From NCBI GenBank assembly GCA_038138645.1, contig JAYQEC010000003.1, positions 5,081-69,080 on the forward strand: a DNA stretch of 64,000 nt, in the 5' to 3' direction. The stretch is from Porticoccaceae bacterium. GTDB lineage: Bacteria; Pseudomonadota; Gammaproteobacteria; Pseudomonadales; Porticoccaceae. Each line of letters opens with the position of its first letter. Position 1 is the first letter of the stretch. The notes beneath the pieces are model-generated. The model saw nothing but the letters and a program-made list of their open reading frames with translations, did not search any database and had not been told where the DNA came from. Of the stretch, positions 39,426 to 49,691 are shown one piece after another. The position numbers and the translations under genes were made by a program.

Positions 39426-40414
39426 AGGTTGCACTGACTGGCTTCAATTCCAAGCCCTTTAGGTATTTGTAAACTTAAATACCAAGCAACGTTTGTATTA
39501 AATTTTACAGTACAGTACTTAGGCTGATGTATGCTATGAATATAGTCTTCCTTAAAAATAGCATCTAATAATTCAATAGTCTGCTTTGCAACACCTTCAG
39601 CGGAGGAATAAACAGAAGCAAGAGCCCCCGCATCAACAAAATTTGATGAGTAGCCAATAACAGGAACACGGTATCGATAACTCAACTGTAAAATCCATTT
39701 CGCAGTGGTGACATTAATAAGATGACTATCGGCAATTGGAATAAATACATCGCTCTGCTTAATTATTGGGTCAAGCTGACGTATAGGATTTTTATCCGCA
39801 TCAATAACTAATGTTTGTGGGTTCAACTTTCTATCTATAATAGATTGACTATAGTTTGTAATTTTGGCTTTTGTTGCCGCACCCACCATAACACCCACCT
39901 GACTGGCCTTTGGCAGTAATTTTTTAGCAAGCGCAATTTTTCGCTCAAAGGGCTGATCCAAAACAATGGGACTGACACCTGCTTTGAGCGCAACAGCTTG
40001 GCTACCAAAATATTGCTTGGCTAAACTATCAAATGAACTCTGGGTAATTAGCGTTGCGATATGTGGTTTTTTAGATTCTTTCCTAAACACAGTCTCAGCA
40101 GCGCCCGTTCCAAGACTGATAACAATATCTGTTTTATCGAGCATGTTTTCTAATTTTCTTTGCTCTTCTTTTAAGACAATTGTGTATCGATTATTATTTT
40201 TAACCCAATCTGCAACAATTAGATCAACAACATTGGTATAACTAGCACTGTCTTTGCTTAGCACAAATAATGCGTGAGTATGGCTAGCCTTGCTATTCGA
40301 GGCATTTACATTAGCAGACAAGAATGAAAAACATAGAAGCACGCATAAACAAGCAAGCCCCAAGGCCTTGCTTGTTTTTTTAATATTTATTCTTATATGA
40401 ATAAATTTATGCAT
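39422..40414 (-). CDS. Periplasmic ABC-substrate-binding-like protein without transporter partners
   Basis: Signal peptide; VLDQP, SYRYRVPVIGYS..FVDAGALASVYS, VKFNTNVA..L.L. Confidence 0.75.
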   Translation of the reverse strand: MHKFIHIRINIKKTSKALGLACLCVLLCFSFLSANVNASNSKASHTHALFVLSKDSASYTNVVDLIVADWVKNNNRYTIVLKEEQRKLENMLDKTDIVISLGTGAAETVFRKESKKPHIATLITQSSFDSLAKQYFGSQAVALKAGVSPIVLDQPFERKIALAKKLLPKASQVGVMVGAATKAKITNYSQSIIDRKLNPQTLVIDADKNPIRQLDPIIKQSDVFIPIADSHLINVTTAKWILQLSYRYRVPVIGYSSNFVDAGALASVYSSAEGVAKQTIELLDAIFKEDYIHSIHQPKYCTVKFNTNVAWYLSLQIPKGLGIEASQCNL

Positions 40415-40449
40415 TAATTGATGCTTCCTTTTTTATTTCCTATGGCTAA

Positions 40450-42579
40450 TTACAAGTTTTTAGATCCGAGCTTTATTCCAAGTACATAGAGACTTTCGAA
40501 CTTGTTAAATGGGAAGTGCTCCTGATAGTCGTTGCCCACATTTTGTGCGGTTAACGATAATTCCATCCAATTACTTTGGCTAAACCAACGCTTTGAGGCT
40601 TTTAAATCAAATCGTGAGTGACTGGGTAAGATATCTGCACCAGGCTTTGGCTTATAGCCTGCCTTATAATGATAAGAACCACTGAATTTTAGCCCCCCTA
40701 TCATTTCATAGCTAACCAAAAGATTAGCCATATTTTGGGGTGCAGCTTTCCTTAAATCATGAACAATATCATCTTCAGAAGCGATATCATCACCCTGTCT
40801 CATAGAGGCATACCAACTATCGCCCTCAACCTCTATGTAGCTGTGATTAAAGTTAAGTAATAGCTGATTTGAAGGTCTATATTGCAGTTGCCATTCAACA
40901 CCCTTTAATCTCATATTTTCAGTATTATCAATAATATTAAGAGTGCCAGCAATATGCTGAAGAGGACCGGTTGAGGGTTCTCTTCGCTCACCAATAATGC
41001 TTGAAAGCTCTTCGTCAAAAACCCGAATATCTAGCGACAAGTTTTTATCATCAAATAAACCCAGATAACCTATTTCGCGACTAACCTGCTTCTCAGGAGA
41101 AATACCAGGATCTGAGAAAACACGAGTATAAATAACAATCTCCTCACCCTGATTATCGTAGGTATAGATAGAATTTTGATTCAATTCTAAAAGCGTTGGA
41201 TCACGGTAACTTTTACTACCAGCAAATCGGAAAATATGTTGCTTTGAGAGTTGATAATTGGCAGCAACGCGATGTGAATGCGAATGGTCTTTATTTCTTA
41301 TTTTTTCAATCGCATTGCCGTAATTAATTGTTAGTGCATCGGAGGCAGTCCACTCCATATTGGCATGTAACCGATTACTGATTTGACTAACCCGACCAGG
41401 ACCACCTAAAAACAATTCGGTTTCAAAGCTATCATGGCGGCTACCCATAGCAAGGCTCATACGTAAATTATCCCTGCGATAAATATTCGATCTTAACTCA
41501 GCATCCCAGCGATCAGAAAAGTGTGCGTAAGTTGGATGTACAATGATTACATCTTTATTTTGTGGGTGATCAACCAGAAGTTTTTGAATATCTAAGGGAT
41601 AGTCAAAACCCTCGTTTTGGTAAATTCCATCTTTGTTTATGTCGAATGTGTCAAGTACCGTTTTTACAGTCCAAGTATCTTCATTATCAACAAAATCAAT
41701 TTGATTATGGTAAAGCACTAACTCAATATCGCTCCAGTCATTTGTTATACGCTTCCAATTAAAATGTTGATATTTATTTTTCCAGTGACGCTTTTTATAA
41801 GCACTGGGCCCAATGGTAGTTTTGGAATCACCTGCGCCTAGCTGGAAATTAATACTATCTGTGACTGTAGGCGTCCATAAACCTTGATATCTCATAGTAA
41901 ATGTATCAGCCGAGTCAGGTATATCCTTTCCATCAAAATCTTCAAAACCGTTATTCTCACTTGACTTGAGCGTTAGACGCGTAGCTAACTGATCAAATTG
42001 AGAAGAATGTGAAATTGCTCGATTCTTGATTCCCTGATTGCCATGCTGAACACTGAATTTTGTTCCAAGATCCAACAGCGGAGAGCGCGTCACTATATTA
42101 AAAGATGCAATAAACGCATTACTTCCATCAGCCGCAGTATTTGAGCCACGAACCACTTCTATATACTCAATATCGTCAATATCAATACCTAAGGTATTCC
42201 ATTCTACCGATGATAAAAGAGGCTCATAAACAGAGCGTCCATCGACTTTGACTTCTAAACGTCGCGAATATTCTCCTCCAGGCACGTGGTAGGTTACACC
42301 AGGCTTGTTGCCATGAATAAAATAAACCTGAAAGCCAGGTACTAAACGAAATAAATCTACCAAATTAAGTGCTGAAGAAGCTTCTATAGTTCGTCTATCA
42401 ATAATAGTGACAGCAGCTGGAACCTGACTTAAAGACTGTTTAAGATGGGTTACGCCGGTAACAGAATCAATTTCTGCAAATACATCTTCTTCAGTCAGCA
42501 GTCCATACTCAGAAAAAGCCTGAGTTGATACAGACAGCGCTACCATTAAGATTGATAGCTTCAATAAATTACCCTTCAT
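40450..42579 (-). CDS. TonB-dependent receptor
   Basis: Signal peptide; plug motifs PAAVTIID, LFRLVPG, VDGRSVY, IEYIEVVRGSN; beta-barrel pattern. Confidence 0.9.
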   Translation of the reverse strand: MKGNLLKLSILMVALSVSTQAFSEYGLLTEEDVFAEIDSVTGVTHLKQSLSQVPAAVTIIDRRTIEASSALNLVDLFRLVPGFQVYFIHGNKPGVTYHVPGGEYSRRLEVKVDGRSVYEPLLSSVEWNTLGIDIDDIEYIEVVRGSNTAADGSNAFIASFNIVTRSPLLDLGTKFSVQHGNQGIKNRAISHSSQFDQLATRLTLKSSENNGFEDFDGKDIPDSADTFTMRYQGLWTPTVTDSINFQLGAGDSKTTIGPSAYKKRHWKNKYQHFNWKRITNDWSDIELVLYHNQIDFVDNEDTWTVKTVLDTFDINKDGIYQNEGFDYPLDIQKLLVDHPQNKDVIIVHPTYAHFSDRWDAELRSNIYRRDNLRMSLAMGSRHDSFETELFLGGPGRVSQISNRLHANMEWTASDALTINYGNAIEKIRNKDHSHSHRVAANYQLSKQHIFRFAGSKSYRDPTLLELNQNSIYTYDNQGEEIVIYTRVFSDPGISPEKQVSREIGYLGLFDDKNLSLDIRVFDEELSSIIGERREPSTGPLQHIAGTLNIIDNTENMRLKGVEWQLQYRPSNQLLLNFNHSYIEVEGDSWYASMRQGDDIASEDDIVHDLRKAAPQNMANLLVSYEMIGGLKFSGSYHYKAGYKPKPGADILPSHSRFDLKASKRWFSQSNWMELSLTAQNVGNDYQEHFPFNKFESLYVLGIKLGSKNL

Positions 42580-42651
42580 TTATTACTTCCTCAAATGACA
42601 ACTCAATAAGGTTGCTCAATTATTCTTATTATCTTTACTACAACGTTTCAG

Positions 42652-43329
42652 CTAGCCACCGGCTTCTATATCCACTGACTCTGCCAGACCTAATTTTTGA
42701 CCCAAAATACCTGCCTGCGTCCGATTGCTAAGACCTAATGATTTCAGCATAGCACTCACATGCACTTTCACGGTATTCTCTGAAAGCTCTAACTCACGAG
42801 CAATTTGTTTATTTGAGTGACCGCGACTAATACAACTCAAAATATCAAACTGCCTCTCGGTAATTAACTCAGCAATAATTTCAACATTAACACCAGAATC
42901 TACCTCATCAAAAACACGAGCCACCTCAGCTACAGATTCAATAAGATATTTTGGCACATAACGCTCACCCTCTAGCGCCTTAGCAATAGCTTCAATCAGT
43001 GCCTCTTTGGGCGCAGATTTAGTCACAAAGCCTGTAACACCTAATTCAAAACATTTTCTAATATGTGTTGAATTCTCTGATGCTGAAAGCACAATAATAG
43101 GCAGGCAGGGGTATCGCTCATGGAGCAAACTAATTAGTCCAAACCCCCCATAACCGCCAGGCATAAATAGATCCAAGATAATTAAATCAATATCTTCTTT
43201 ACCAAGAATGGATAGGACCTCTTCACCTCTCTCGGTGGTGGTGACCTGAATATCATCAAGTGTGTCAAGCAGGGTGGCTTTTAACCCTGCACAAACAAAA
43301 GCGTGGTCGTCAACAATAAGAATATGCAT
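42652..43329 (-). CDS. NarL/LuxR family response regulator
   Basis: ILIVDDH, ILDLFMPG, FVTK; HTH GHSNKQIAREL.LSENTVKVH. Confidence 0.93.
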   Translation of the reverse strand: MHILIVDDHAFVCAGLKATLLDTLDDIQVTTTERGEEVLSILGKEDIDLIILDLFMPGGYGGFGLISLLHERYPCLPIIVLSASENSTHIRKCFELGVTGFVTKSAPKEALIEAIAKALEGERYVPKYLIESVAEVARVFDEVDSGVNVEIIAELITERQFDILSCISRGHSNKQIARELELSENTVKVHVSAMLKSLGLSNRTQAGILGQKLGLAESVDIEAGG

Positions 43330-43433
43330 CAGTTTTTCTCACCCACGCCAAAAATAAAATCTATTAAAATTATTACACAAAGGCAATTTGCTAACTGCCT
43401 AGCCCCAAGTTTATTTGTATGAGTATAAAACAT
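43329..43433 (-). CDS. Putative 34-aa hydrophobic leader peptide coupled to the response regulator
   Basis: GAGGGG SD; MFYTHTNKLGARQLANCLCVIILIDFIFGVGEKN; its TGA overlaps the regulator ATG (TGATG). Confidence 0.3.
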   Translation of the reverse strand: MFYTHTNKLGARQLANCLCVIILIDFIFGVGEKN

Positions 43434-43587
43434 CCTTTTCCCCTCGTCATTAACTCATCGATAAATGGCAGACATTACTATGATTACCAAAAGAGAGGTC
43501 TGCCTCACCTTACTGCAATGAATTAAGCATAGACTCTATCAAATGTATTTTCTGTGAAAATTATAGAAAGTAAGGGGAAAAAGAGGT

Positions 43588-43618
43588 AAAAAAAAGGCGA
43601 CCTTTACAGTCGCCTTTT
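43588..43618 (-). terminator. Intrinsic terminator after rplS
   Basis: Minus strand AAAAGGCGAC-TGTAAAG-GTCGCCTTTTTTTT. Confidence 0.85.
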
Positions 43619-43624
43619 GAATAT

Positions 43625-43984
43625 TTACTTAGCAAGTTTTTCTTTAATTCTTGCTGATCTACCTGAACGATCACGGAGATAATAAAGTTTAGCGCGACGA
43701 ACAGCACCACGGCGCTTAACTTCAATGCTATCTACCAATGGGCTATAAGTCTGGAAGGTACGCTCCACACCAATACCATTTGAAATTTTACGAACGGTAA
43801 AAGCTGAATTAAGCTGACGATTACGTTTAGCTAAAACAACGCCTTCAAAGGCCTGAAGCCTTTCGCGGCTACCTTCTTTTACTTTTACCTTTACTGAAAC
43901 TGTATCACCTGGACCAAACTCAGGGATTTGCTTTTCCATCTGCTCTTTTTCAAGCGCAGCGATAATAGGTGTCTTATTTGACAT
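43625..43984 (-). CDS. rplS: 50S ribosomal protein L19
   Basis: [24 protein letters not shown]; start ATG 43984 with GAGGAG SD. Confidence 0.98.
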   Translation of the reverse strand: MSNKTPIIAALEKEQMEKQIPEFGPGDTVSVKVKVKEGSRERLQAFEGVVLAKRNRQLNSAFTVRKISNGIGVERTFQTYSPLVDSIEVKRRGAVRRAKLYYLRDRSGRSARIKEKLAK

Positions 43985-44090
43985 TTTTTTGCTCCTCAAT
44001 ATACATTGGTTGGTGGCAAGCCACCTGATTTAGAGCTCTGTACAGAGAGGATGGCTCTATCCCTTGCCATCATCTGCCAGCGCATTACTC

Positions 44091-44810
44091 TCATTCCTTA
44101 AGAAGGGCTTTTTGCTCATTATCAAGCTCAAGCCTATCCAATAAATCCGGTCTTCTTTGTTTCGTTCTTAACAGCGACTGCTTAAGTCGCCATTGTCTAA
44201 TTTTTTCATGATTACCAGAAAGTAAAACCTCTGGCACATCTAAGCCCTCATATGTATCAGGCCTTGTGTAATGGGGACAATCTAAAATTCCTTCAGCAAA
44301 TGAATCCTGACTTGCTGAATCCTTATGTCCTAGAGCACCTGGCAATTGCCTTATTAGTGCATCCATAAATACCATTGCGGGCAATTCACCCCCGCTTAAA
44401 ACATAATCTCCAATGGACCACTCTTGATCCACTTCGAGCTCAATTAAGCGCTCATCAATTCCTTCATAGCGACCAGCAATCAAAATCAATGACTGATGTG
44501 TTGCAAATTGGTTGACTGCGGTTTGTTGCAGTACCTTGCCTTGAGGCGATAGGTAAACCACTAATGGCTCGCCTTGTATCCAATCTCTTGCCGCACTAAT
44601 CGCTTTGCGAAGCGGCTCAATCATCATAACCATCCCTGGGCCACCACCATAAGGACGATCATCAACCACTGAATGAGGATCATCGGTATAATCTCTTGGG
44701 TTAAAGCTAGATAACTCCAGCAACCCCTGATTTACCGCTCGCCCACTAATACCATAGTCGGTCAACGCCTCGAACATTTCTGGAAACAGAGTAATCAATG
44801 CTATTTTCAT
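44091..44810 (-). CDS. trmD: tRNA (guanine37-N1)-methyltransferase
   Basis: [32 protein letters not shown]. Confidence 0.98.
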   Translation of the reverse strand: MKIALITLFPEMFEALTDYGISGRAVNQGLLELSSFNPRDYTDDPHSVVDDRPYGGGPGMVMMIEPLRKAISAARDWIQGEPLVVYLSPQGKVLQQTAVNQFATHQSLILIAGRYEGIDERLIELEVDQEWSIGDYVLSGGELPAMVFMDALIRQLPGALGHKDSASQDSFAEGILDCPHYTRPDTYEGLDVPEVLLSGNHEKIRQWRLKQSLLRTKQRRPDLLDRLELDNEQKALLKE

Positions 44811-44839
44811 AACCAGACCTCCGTTAAATTACCGATTCC

Positions 44840-45382
44840 TTAAAAATCAGGATCCCAGACAACATCAATTTTTTGTGCGTCTAAATCTATATTTGTGACA
44901 TATTGTTTTGCGTAGGGTATTAATCGTTCATTTTGATCAATACTCTCAGCATCACCAGTCACTACTATCACATCATTGGCACCGGTCTCTAGCATCGAAG
45001 AGACCTTACCTAATCTCTGGACACTATCTCCATAATGGGTATAGACCACTAAACCCTGAAGCTGATGCCAGTAATAATCGCTATCTTGCAGATCCGGAAG
45101 AATCTCTTGCCCTATCCTGATATCGAGCTGACACCATTCGCGTGCAATGTCGCGATCATCTATTCCCTTAAGGCGTGCTAATAAACCATCTCCATGGACT
45201 TTCCATTCAGCCACTTCAATAGCCTGTTGGCCACCCTGCTTATCAACCAACCAGGGCTGATAATCAAAAATCTTTTCAGGTTGCTCGGTAAAAGACATTA
45301 CTTTTACCCAGCCGCGCACACCAAAAACCGCAGTGATGCGCCCAATAATGAGGGTTCCCTGAACAATTGAATTATTGCTCAT
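44840..45382 (-). CDS. rimM: Ribosome maturation factor RimM
   Basis: FGVRGWVKV, YYWHQL.G, ETGANDV, WDPDF. Confidence 0.97.
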   Translation of the reverse strand: MSNNSIVQGTLIIGRITAVFGVRGWVKVMSFTEQPEKIFDYQPWLVDKQGGQQAIEVAEWKVHGDGLLARLKGIDDRDIAREWCQLDIRIGQEILPDLQDSDYYWHQLQGLVVYTHYGDSVQRLGKVSSMLETGANDVIVVTGDAESIDQNERLIPYAKQYVTNIDLDAQKIDVVWDPDF

Positions 45383-45395
45383 AGGGTAAAACCTC

Positions 45396-45647
45396 TTATG
45401 CTGCTTGCTTAGCAGCCTCTTTTAATAGCGCAGATACTCGATCACTGACCTGAGCACCTTGACCTTGCCAATAGTTAGCGCGATCCAAGTCAACGCGTAA
45501 ACGCTCTTCACCACCGCGTGCGATAGGATTAAAAAATCCAATACGCTCAATATAACGAGCATCACGTGCTTTACGTGAGTCGGAAACCGTAATGTGGAAG
45601 AACGGACGTTTTTTTGAACCACCGCGAGCCAATCTAATTGTTACCAT
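45396..45647 (-). CDS. rpsP: 30S ribosomal protein S16
   Basis: [16 protein letters not shown]. Confidence 0.99.
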   Translation of the reverse strand: MVTIRLARGGSKKRPFFHITVSDSRKARDARYIERIGFFNPIARGGEERLRVDLDRANYWQGQGAQVSDRVSALLKEAAKQAA

Positions 45648-45835
45648 TTACTGATACCCTATTTTTGGACGTTTTTTTAACGCCCCAAATTATCTATTTA
45701 ATCTTGCCCTTGCGCCGCACCACGCATAATTGCTACGACCCTAAGAAAGGCGCGGTATATTACGCGAAATATCGCCGAAAGGAAACCTCTTTATTCTGTT
45801 GCTGTTTCTGGGGCTAAATATGAATTTTATATAGC

Positions 45836-47224
45836 CTAGAACTTTGGGAAACCACCTGGAGGTAATCCGCCGCCAGGAGGCATGCCACCCCCCAAGCCAC
45901 GCATCATATTCTGCAGACCCTTGCCCTTCATTTTCTTCATCATCTTGCCCATTTGCTTGTGCTGCTTTAGCAGACGATTTAGGTCTTGAATGGTCGTTCC
46001 AGAACCCTGCGTAATTCGTCTTTTTCTCGAACCATTTAGAATATCTGGATTAGCACGCTCTTTGGGTGTCATCGAGTCAATAATATATTCCATCTTGCTA
46101 AATTGACCGGTCATATCCTTCTGCTGAGTCATTTGCGCCATATTGCCCATTCCAGGCAACTTATCCATCATGCCTTCCATACCACCCAACTGCTTCATTT
46201 GCTGAAGCTGCTCACGCAGATCCTCAAGATCAAAGCGCTTTCCTTTGGCTACTTTTTTGGCAAACTTTTCTGCTTTTTTCTTATCGACTTTGCGCTCTAC
46301 ATCTTCGATAAGACTTAGCACATCACCCATACCAAGAATGCGCGATGCAATTCTTTCTGGGTGGAAAGGCTCTAGGGCATCGGTTTTTTCGCCCACACCC
46401 AAGAATTTTATTGGCTTACCGGTAACATGGCGCACCGATAATGCGGCACCTCCTCTTGCATCACCATCAACCTTAGTCAGTATCACCCCAGTTAATGGAA
46501 GCGCCTCATTAAACGCTTTTGCAGTATTAACTGAGTCTTGACCAATCATTGCATCAATCACAAACAGGGTTTCAATAGGATTTGCAACCTTATGCACCTG
46601 CTCTATTTCATCCATCATTTGTTCATCAATGGCTAGACGACCCGCAGTATCAACAATTAGCACATCTGCAAATTTGGTTTTAGCTGCAGCTATAGCATCG
46701 CTGACAATTTGTGTTGGCTTTTGGTCGGTAGTGCTAGGAAAAAATTCGGCACCTACTTCAGAGGCTAGCGTTTTAAGTTGCTCAATAGCAGCGGGTCGAT
46801 ACACATCAGCGGAGACCACCATCACCTTTTTCTTTTCGCGCTCGGTAAGATAGCGCGACAGTTTGGCTACCGAAGTGGTTTTACCTGCACCCTGCAAGCC
46901 CGCCATTAAAATAACAGCAGGCGGCTGAGCTTTTAGATTAAGGGTTTCATTCTTTTCCCCCATAACCGATTCAAGTTCAGCCTGAACAATCTTCAGGAAT
47001 TGCTGACCTGGGTTTAGGCTACTGCTAACCTCAGTGCCAACAGCACGCTGTTTTACTAATTCAATAAAGTCTTTGACAACCGGTAATGCAACATCCGCTT
47101 CGAGAAGTGCAACTCGGACCTCTCGCAGGGTTTCTTGAATATTACTCTCACTTAAACTAGCTTTGCCTGAGATTTTTTTTAAACTCAGAGATAAGCGTTC
47201 ACTTAAGTTTTCAAACATTGCCAT
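45836..47224 (-). CDS. ffh: Signal recognition particle protein
   Basis: GLQGAGKTT, DTAGR, TKVDGDARGG, Met-rich M domain; start is 47224 or 47218. Confidence 0.98.
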   Translation of the reverse strand: MAMFENLSERLSLSLKKISGKASLSESNIQETLREVRVALLEADVALPVVKDFIELVKQRAVGTEVSSSLNPGQQFLKIVQAELESVMGEKNETLNLKAQPPAVILMAGLQGAGKTTSVAKLSRYLTEREKKKVMVVSADVYRPAAIEQLKTLASEVGAEFFPSTTDQKPTQIVSDAIAAAKTKFADVLIVDTAGRLAIDEQMMDEIEQVHKVANPIETLFVIDAMIGQDSVNTAKAFNEALPLTGVILTKVDGDARGGAALSVRHVTGKPIKFLGVGEKTDALEPFHPERIASRILGMGDVLSLIEDVERKVDKKKAEKFAKKVAKGKRFDLEDLREQLQQMKQLGGMEGMMDKLPGMGNMAQMTQQKDMTGQFSKMEYIIDSMTPKERANPDILNGSRKRRITQGSGTTIQDLNRLLKQHKQMGKMMKKMKGKGLQNMMRGLGGGMPPGGGLPPGGFPKF

Positions 47225-47338
47225 TTTTTCTTCCAAATTATTTAAATTACAAAATCATTATACCAGTATTTGAGCAGTACACTTCACCTATAGCGCTTAA
47301 TATGCCAAACTTAGCTTCAATTACATACGGAATAAATT

Positions 47339-48133
47339 ATGAGTACGTTTGCCTTTGGCTTGGGCGCTACCACTGTTTATATCATAGGATGGATAGCGAC
47401 CATATTTGCACTGTACAATCGAGAGGCTTTGAAAAATAACCTACTTCAAACCATTGCTCTGATTGCCATTGTGCTTCATGCGGTTGTTGTATTTCAATTA
47501 CTTTCAAAAGATGGTGGTTTAGACCTAAGTCTAACGAAAGTAATTGCCCTGTTAGCACTGGTAATTAACCTTTTGGTGTATTTTAGTCGATTGCGAAAAC
47601 CTATTCATAGCTTGTACCTGGCTCTATTTCCAATCTCAGCTGCCACTCTTTTGGTTGCGCTCTTTAGCACCAGCACTAAGGCTACAATTTTTGTCCCTTT
47701 AGGCTTACAGGCGCATATTTTAATTTCTATATTAGCTTACAGTTTTTTGGCTATTGCGGCTTTACAAGCTCTTTTGGTCGGCTATCAAAATTGGCAACTC
47801 AAACACAAGCATCAAGATATCTTAATGCGAACCATGCCGGCGCTAGAAACCATGGAAAGCCTATTGTTTAAGCTAATCTGGGTGGGTGAAATTCTTTTAA
47901 CCATTTCATTAATCACAGGTTTCTACCAGTATGATGATTTTTTTGCTCAGCAGCTAATTCACAAAGTTGCCTTTAGTATTGTTGCTTGGGCGGTTTATGC
48001 CGTATTACTCTTTGGCAGGCATTTCTATGGCTGGCGTGGCCGCAGAGCTATTAATTGGACTTGGGCGGGTTTTTCTGGAATTCTTCTTGGCTATATTGGC
48101 AGTAAAGTCGTTATTGAACTGATACTAAATTAA
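47339..48133 (+). CDS. ypjD: YpjD/CcsA-like inner membrane protein
   Basis: About 8 TM helices, HILISILAYS, HKVAFS, GWRGRRA; divergent from ffh. Confidence 0.85.
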   Translation: MSTFAFGLGATTVYIIGWIATIFALYNREALKNNLLQTIALIAIVLHAVVVFQLLSKDGGLDLSLTKVIALLALVINLLVYFSRLRKPIHSLYLALFPISAATLLVALFSTSTKATIFVPLGLQAHILISILAYSFLAIAALQALLVGYQNWQLKHKHQDILMRTMPALETMESLLFKLIWVGEILLTISLITGFYQYDDFFAQQLIHKVAFSIVAWAVYAVLLFGRHFYGWRGRRAINWTWAGFSGILLGYIGSKVVIELILN

Positions 48134-48202
48134 CTCTTGCTAGTTGATATATTGAACAATCTCATTCAACATTAGCCCTCTTTTGTTTTAGAGGCTAAAT
48201 TT

Positions 48203-49483
48203 TTGGAAGGCACTCACCCATTTATTCTTTGGGGCATCTTATTTTCGCTGCTTATTTTGTCAGCGTTTTTTTCTGGTTCAGAAACCAGCATGATGTCACT
48301 CAACCCCTATCGACTTAGACATCAACGTAAAAAAAGCTCTGGCGCCAGACGTGCCGCTAAGCTTTTGGCTATGCCTGATCGGTTAATTGGCCTAATTTTA
48401 GTCGGTAATAATGCGGTTAATATTCTGGCAGCAATTATCGCCAATATGCTCGCTATCCATTACGTTGGCGAAGCGGCAGCACCTTGGGTTGCCACAGCAA
48501 CATTGACTATTTTGGTTCTGGTGTTTTCAGAGGTCACACCGAAAACTATTGCTGCCCAAAATCCTGAGTGGTTTGCCTTTAAAGCCAGTCATATCCTAAA
48601 GCCCCTACTCCAGCTTTTAACTCCTCTAGTGTGGTCTATCAATAAGCTAACCAATACTTTTATTAGTGTACTTGGTTTTGATCCCAACAAAGACCGCGAT
48701 GACAGTCTAGATTCTGAGGAATTAAAATCGTTAGTAGATCTGTCTGGGCATAAATTATCTGATAGTAATCAGGGCATGCTTCGCGCAATTCTAGAACTCG
48801 ACAATATGACCGTTGAGGACATTATGATTCCTCGTAACGAAGTGAGCGGACTGGATCTAGAGGAAGATATTGATACCCTAATGGAGCAAATCCTTTCCTG
48901 TGAATATACACGACAGCCAGTTTACTCAGGAGATATCAATAATATTATTGGAATTTTTCATGTCCGCAAAGCCAATCATCTATTGCGCGCGGAGACTATT
49001 ACACACAAGGCAATCAAACGATTTGCTGACGAGGCGTACTTTATACCGGAAAGCACCAAGCTAACTACACAGCTACTTAATTTCAAAAAAATGCGTAGCC
49101 GATTTGCCGTCGTGGTTGATGAATATGGTGAAGTTCAGGGCCTAGTTACCTTGGAAGATATCTTGGAAGAAATTGTAGGTGACTTCACCACCAATGAAGC
49201 TGATCGCATAGAAGAAATTATCGCCCAACAAGATGGCAGCTTCCTAATTGACGGTGCCGCTACTATTCGAGAAATTAACAAAGCAACTAATTGGGATTTG
49301 CCTCTAGATGGCCCTAAAACGATGAATGGTTTGGTGCTAGAACAATTAGAAAGCATTCCCGATGGCAATGTAAGCTTTAATCTGAACCAATTTAAGTTTG
49401 AAACCATTGAAATTAACGGTACAAGAGTAAAAAAAGTCGCCGCAACTTGCCTTACGCCCGCGCCAATTGAATCTAGCACTTAA
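48203..49483 (+). CDS. yfjD: HlyC/CorC (CNNM) family Mg2+/Co2+ transport protein
   Basis: SAFFSGSET, SEVTPK, CBS pair, VVDEYG, LEDILEEIVG. Confidence 0.92.
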   Translation: MEGTHPFILWGILFSLLILSAFFSGSETSMMSLNPYRLRHQRKKSSGARRAAKLLAMPDRLIGLILVGNNAVNILAAIIANMLAIHYVGEAAAPWVATATLTILVLVFSEVTPKTIAAQNPEWFAFKASHILKPLLQLLTPLVWSINKLTNTFISVLGFDPNKDRDDSLDSEELKSLVDLSGHKLSDSNQGMLRAILELDNMTVEDIMIPRNEVSGLDLEEDIDTLMEQILSCEYTRQPVYSGDINNIIGIFHVRKANHLLRAETITHKAIKRFADEAYFIPESTKLTTQLLNFKKMRSRFAVVVDEYGEVQGLVTLEDILEEIVGDFTTNEADRIEEIIAQQDGSFLIDGAATIREINKATNWDLPLDGPKTMNGLVLEQLESIPDGNVSFNLNQFKFETIEINGTRVKKVAATCLTPAPIESST

Positions 49484-49494
49484 CCAATTGGGTC

Positions 49495-49668
49495 TTATGT
49501 ATTGTTTTTATCAGCCCTTTCTGTGCAACTGTTAATTACAGCCTGTCGCTGATTCTCGTCCAAATAAATCCAGTTTCTTATTTCTTCACTGGTGCGGTAA
49601 CAGCCGACACAGACCTCTTCATCGTCAAGTCGGCAAATTGAAATACAGGGTGAGCTGAATTTATCCAT
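49495..49668 (-). CDS. DUF1289 family small Cys-rich protein
   Basis: 57-aa ORF below the track cutoff: MDKFSSPCISICRLDDEEVCVGCYRTSEEIRNW... Confidence 0.85.
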   Translation of the reverse strand: MDKFSSPCISICRLDDEEVCVGCYRTSEEIRNWIYLDENQRQAVINSCTERADKNNT

Positions 49669-49691
49669 TTAAAGTTATCTCGATTATCTTT

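Noticed and set aside
37170-43329. Naming the kinase/regulator pair gacS/gacA (barA/uvrY)
   Set aside because: The kinase is shorter with a single receiver, and the regulator lacks GacA-specific sequence and the uvrC linkage.
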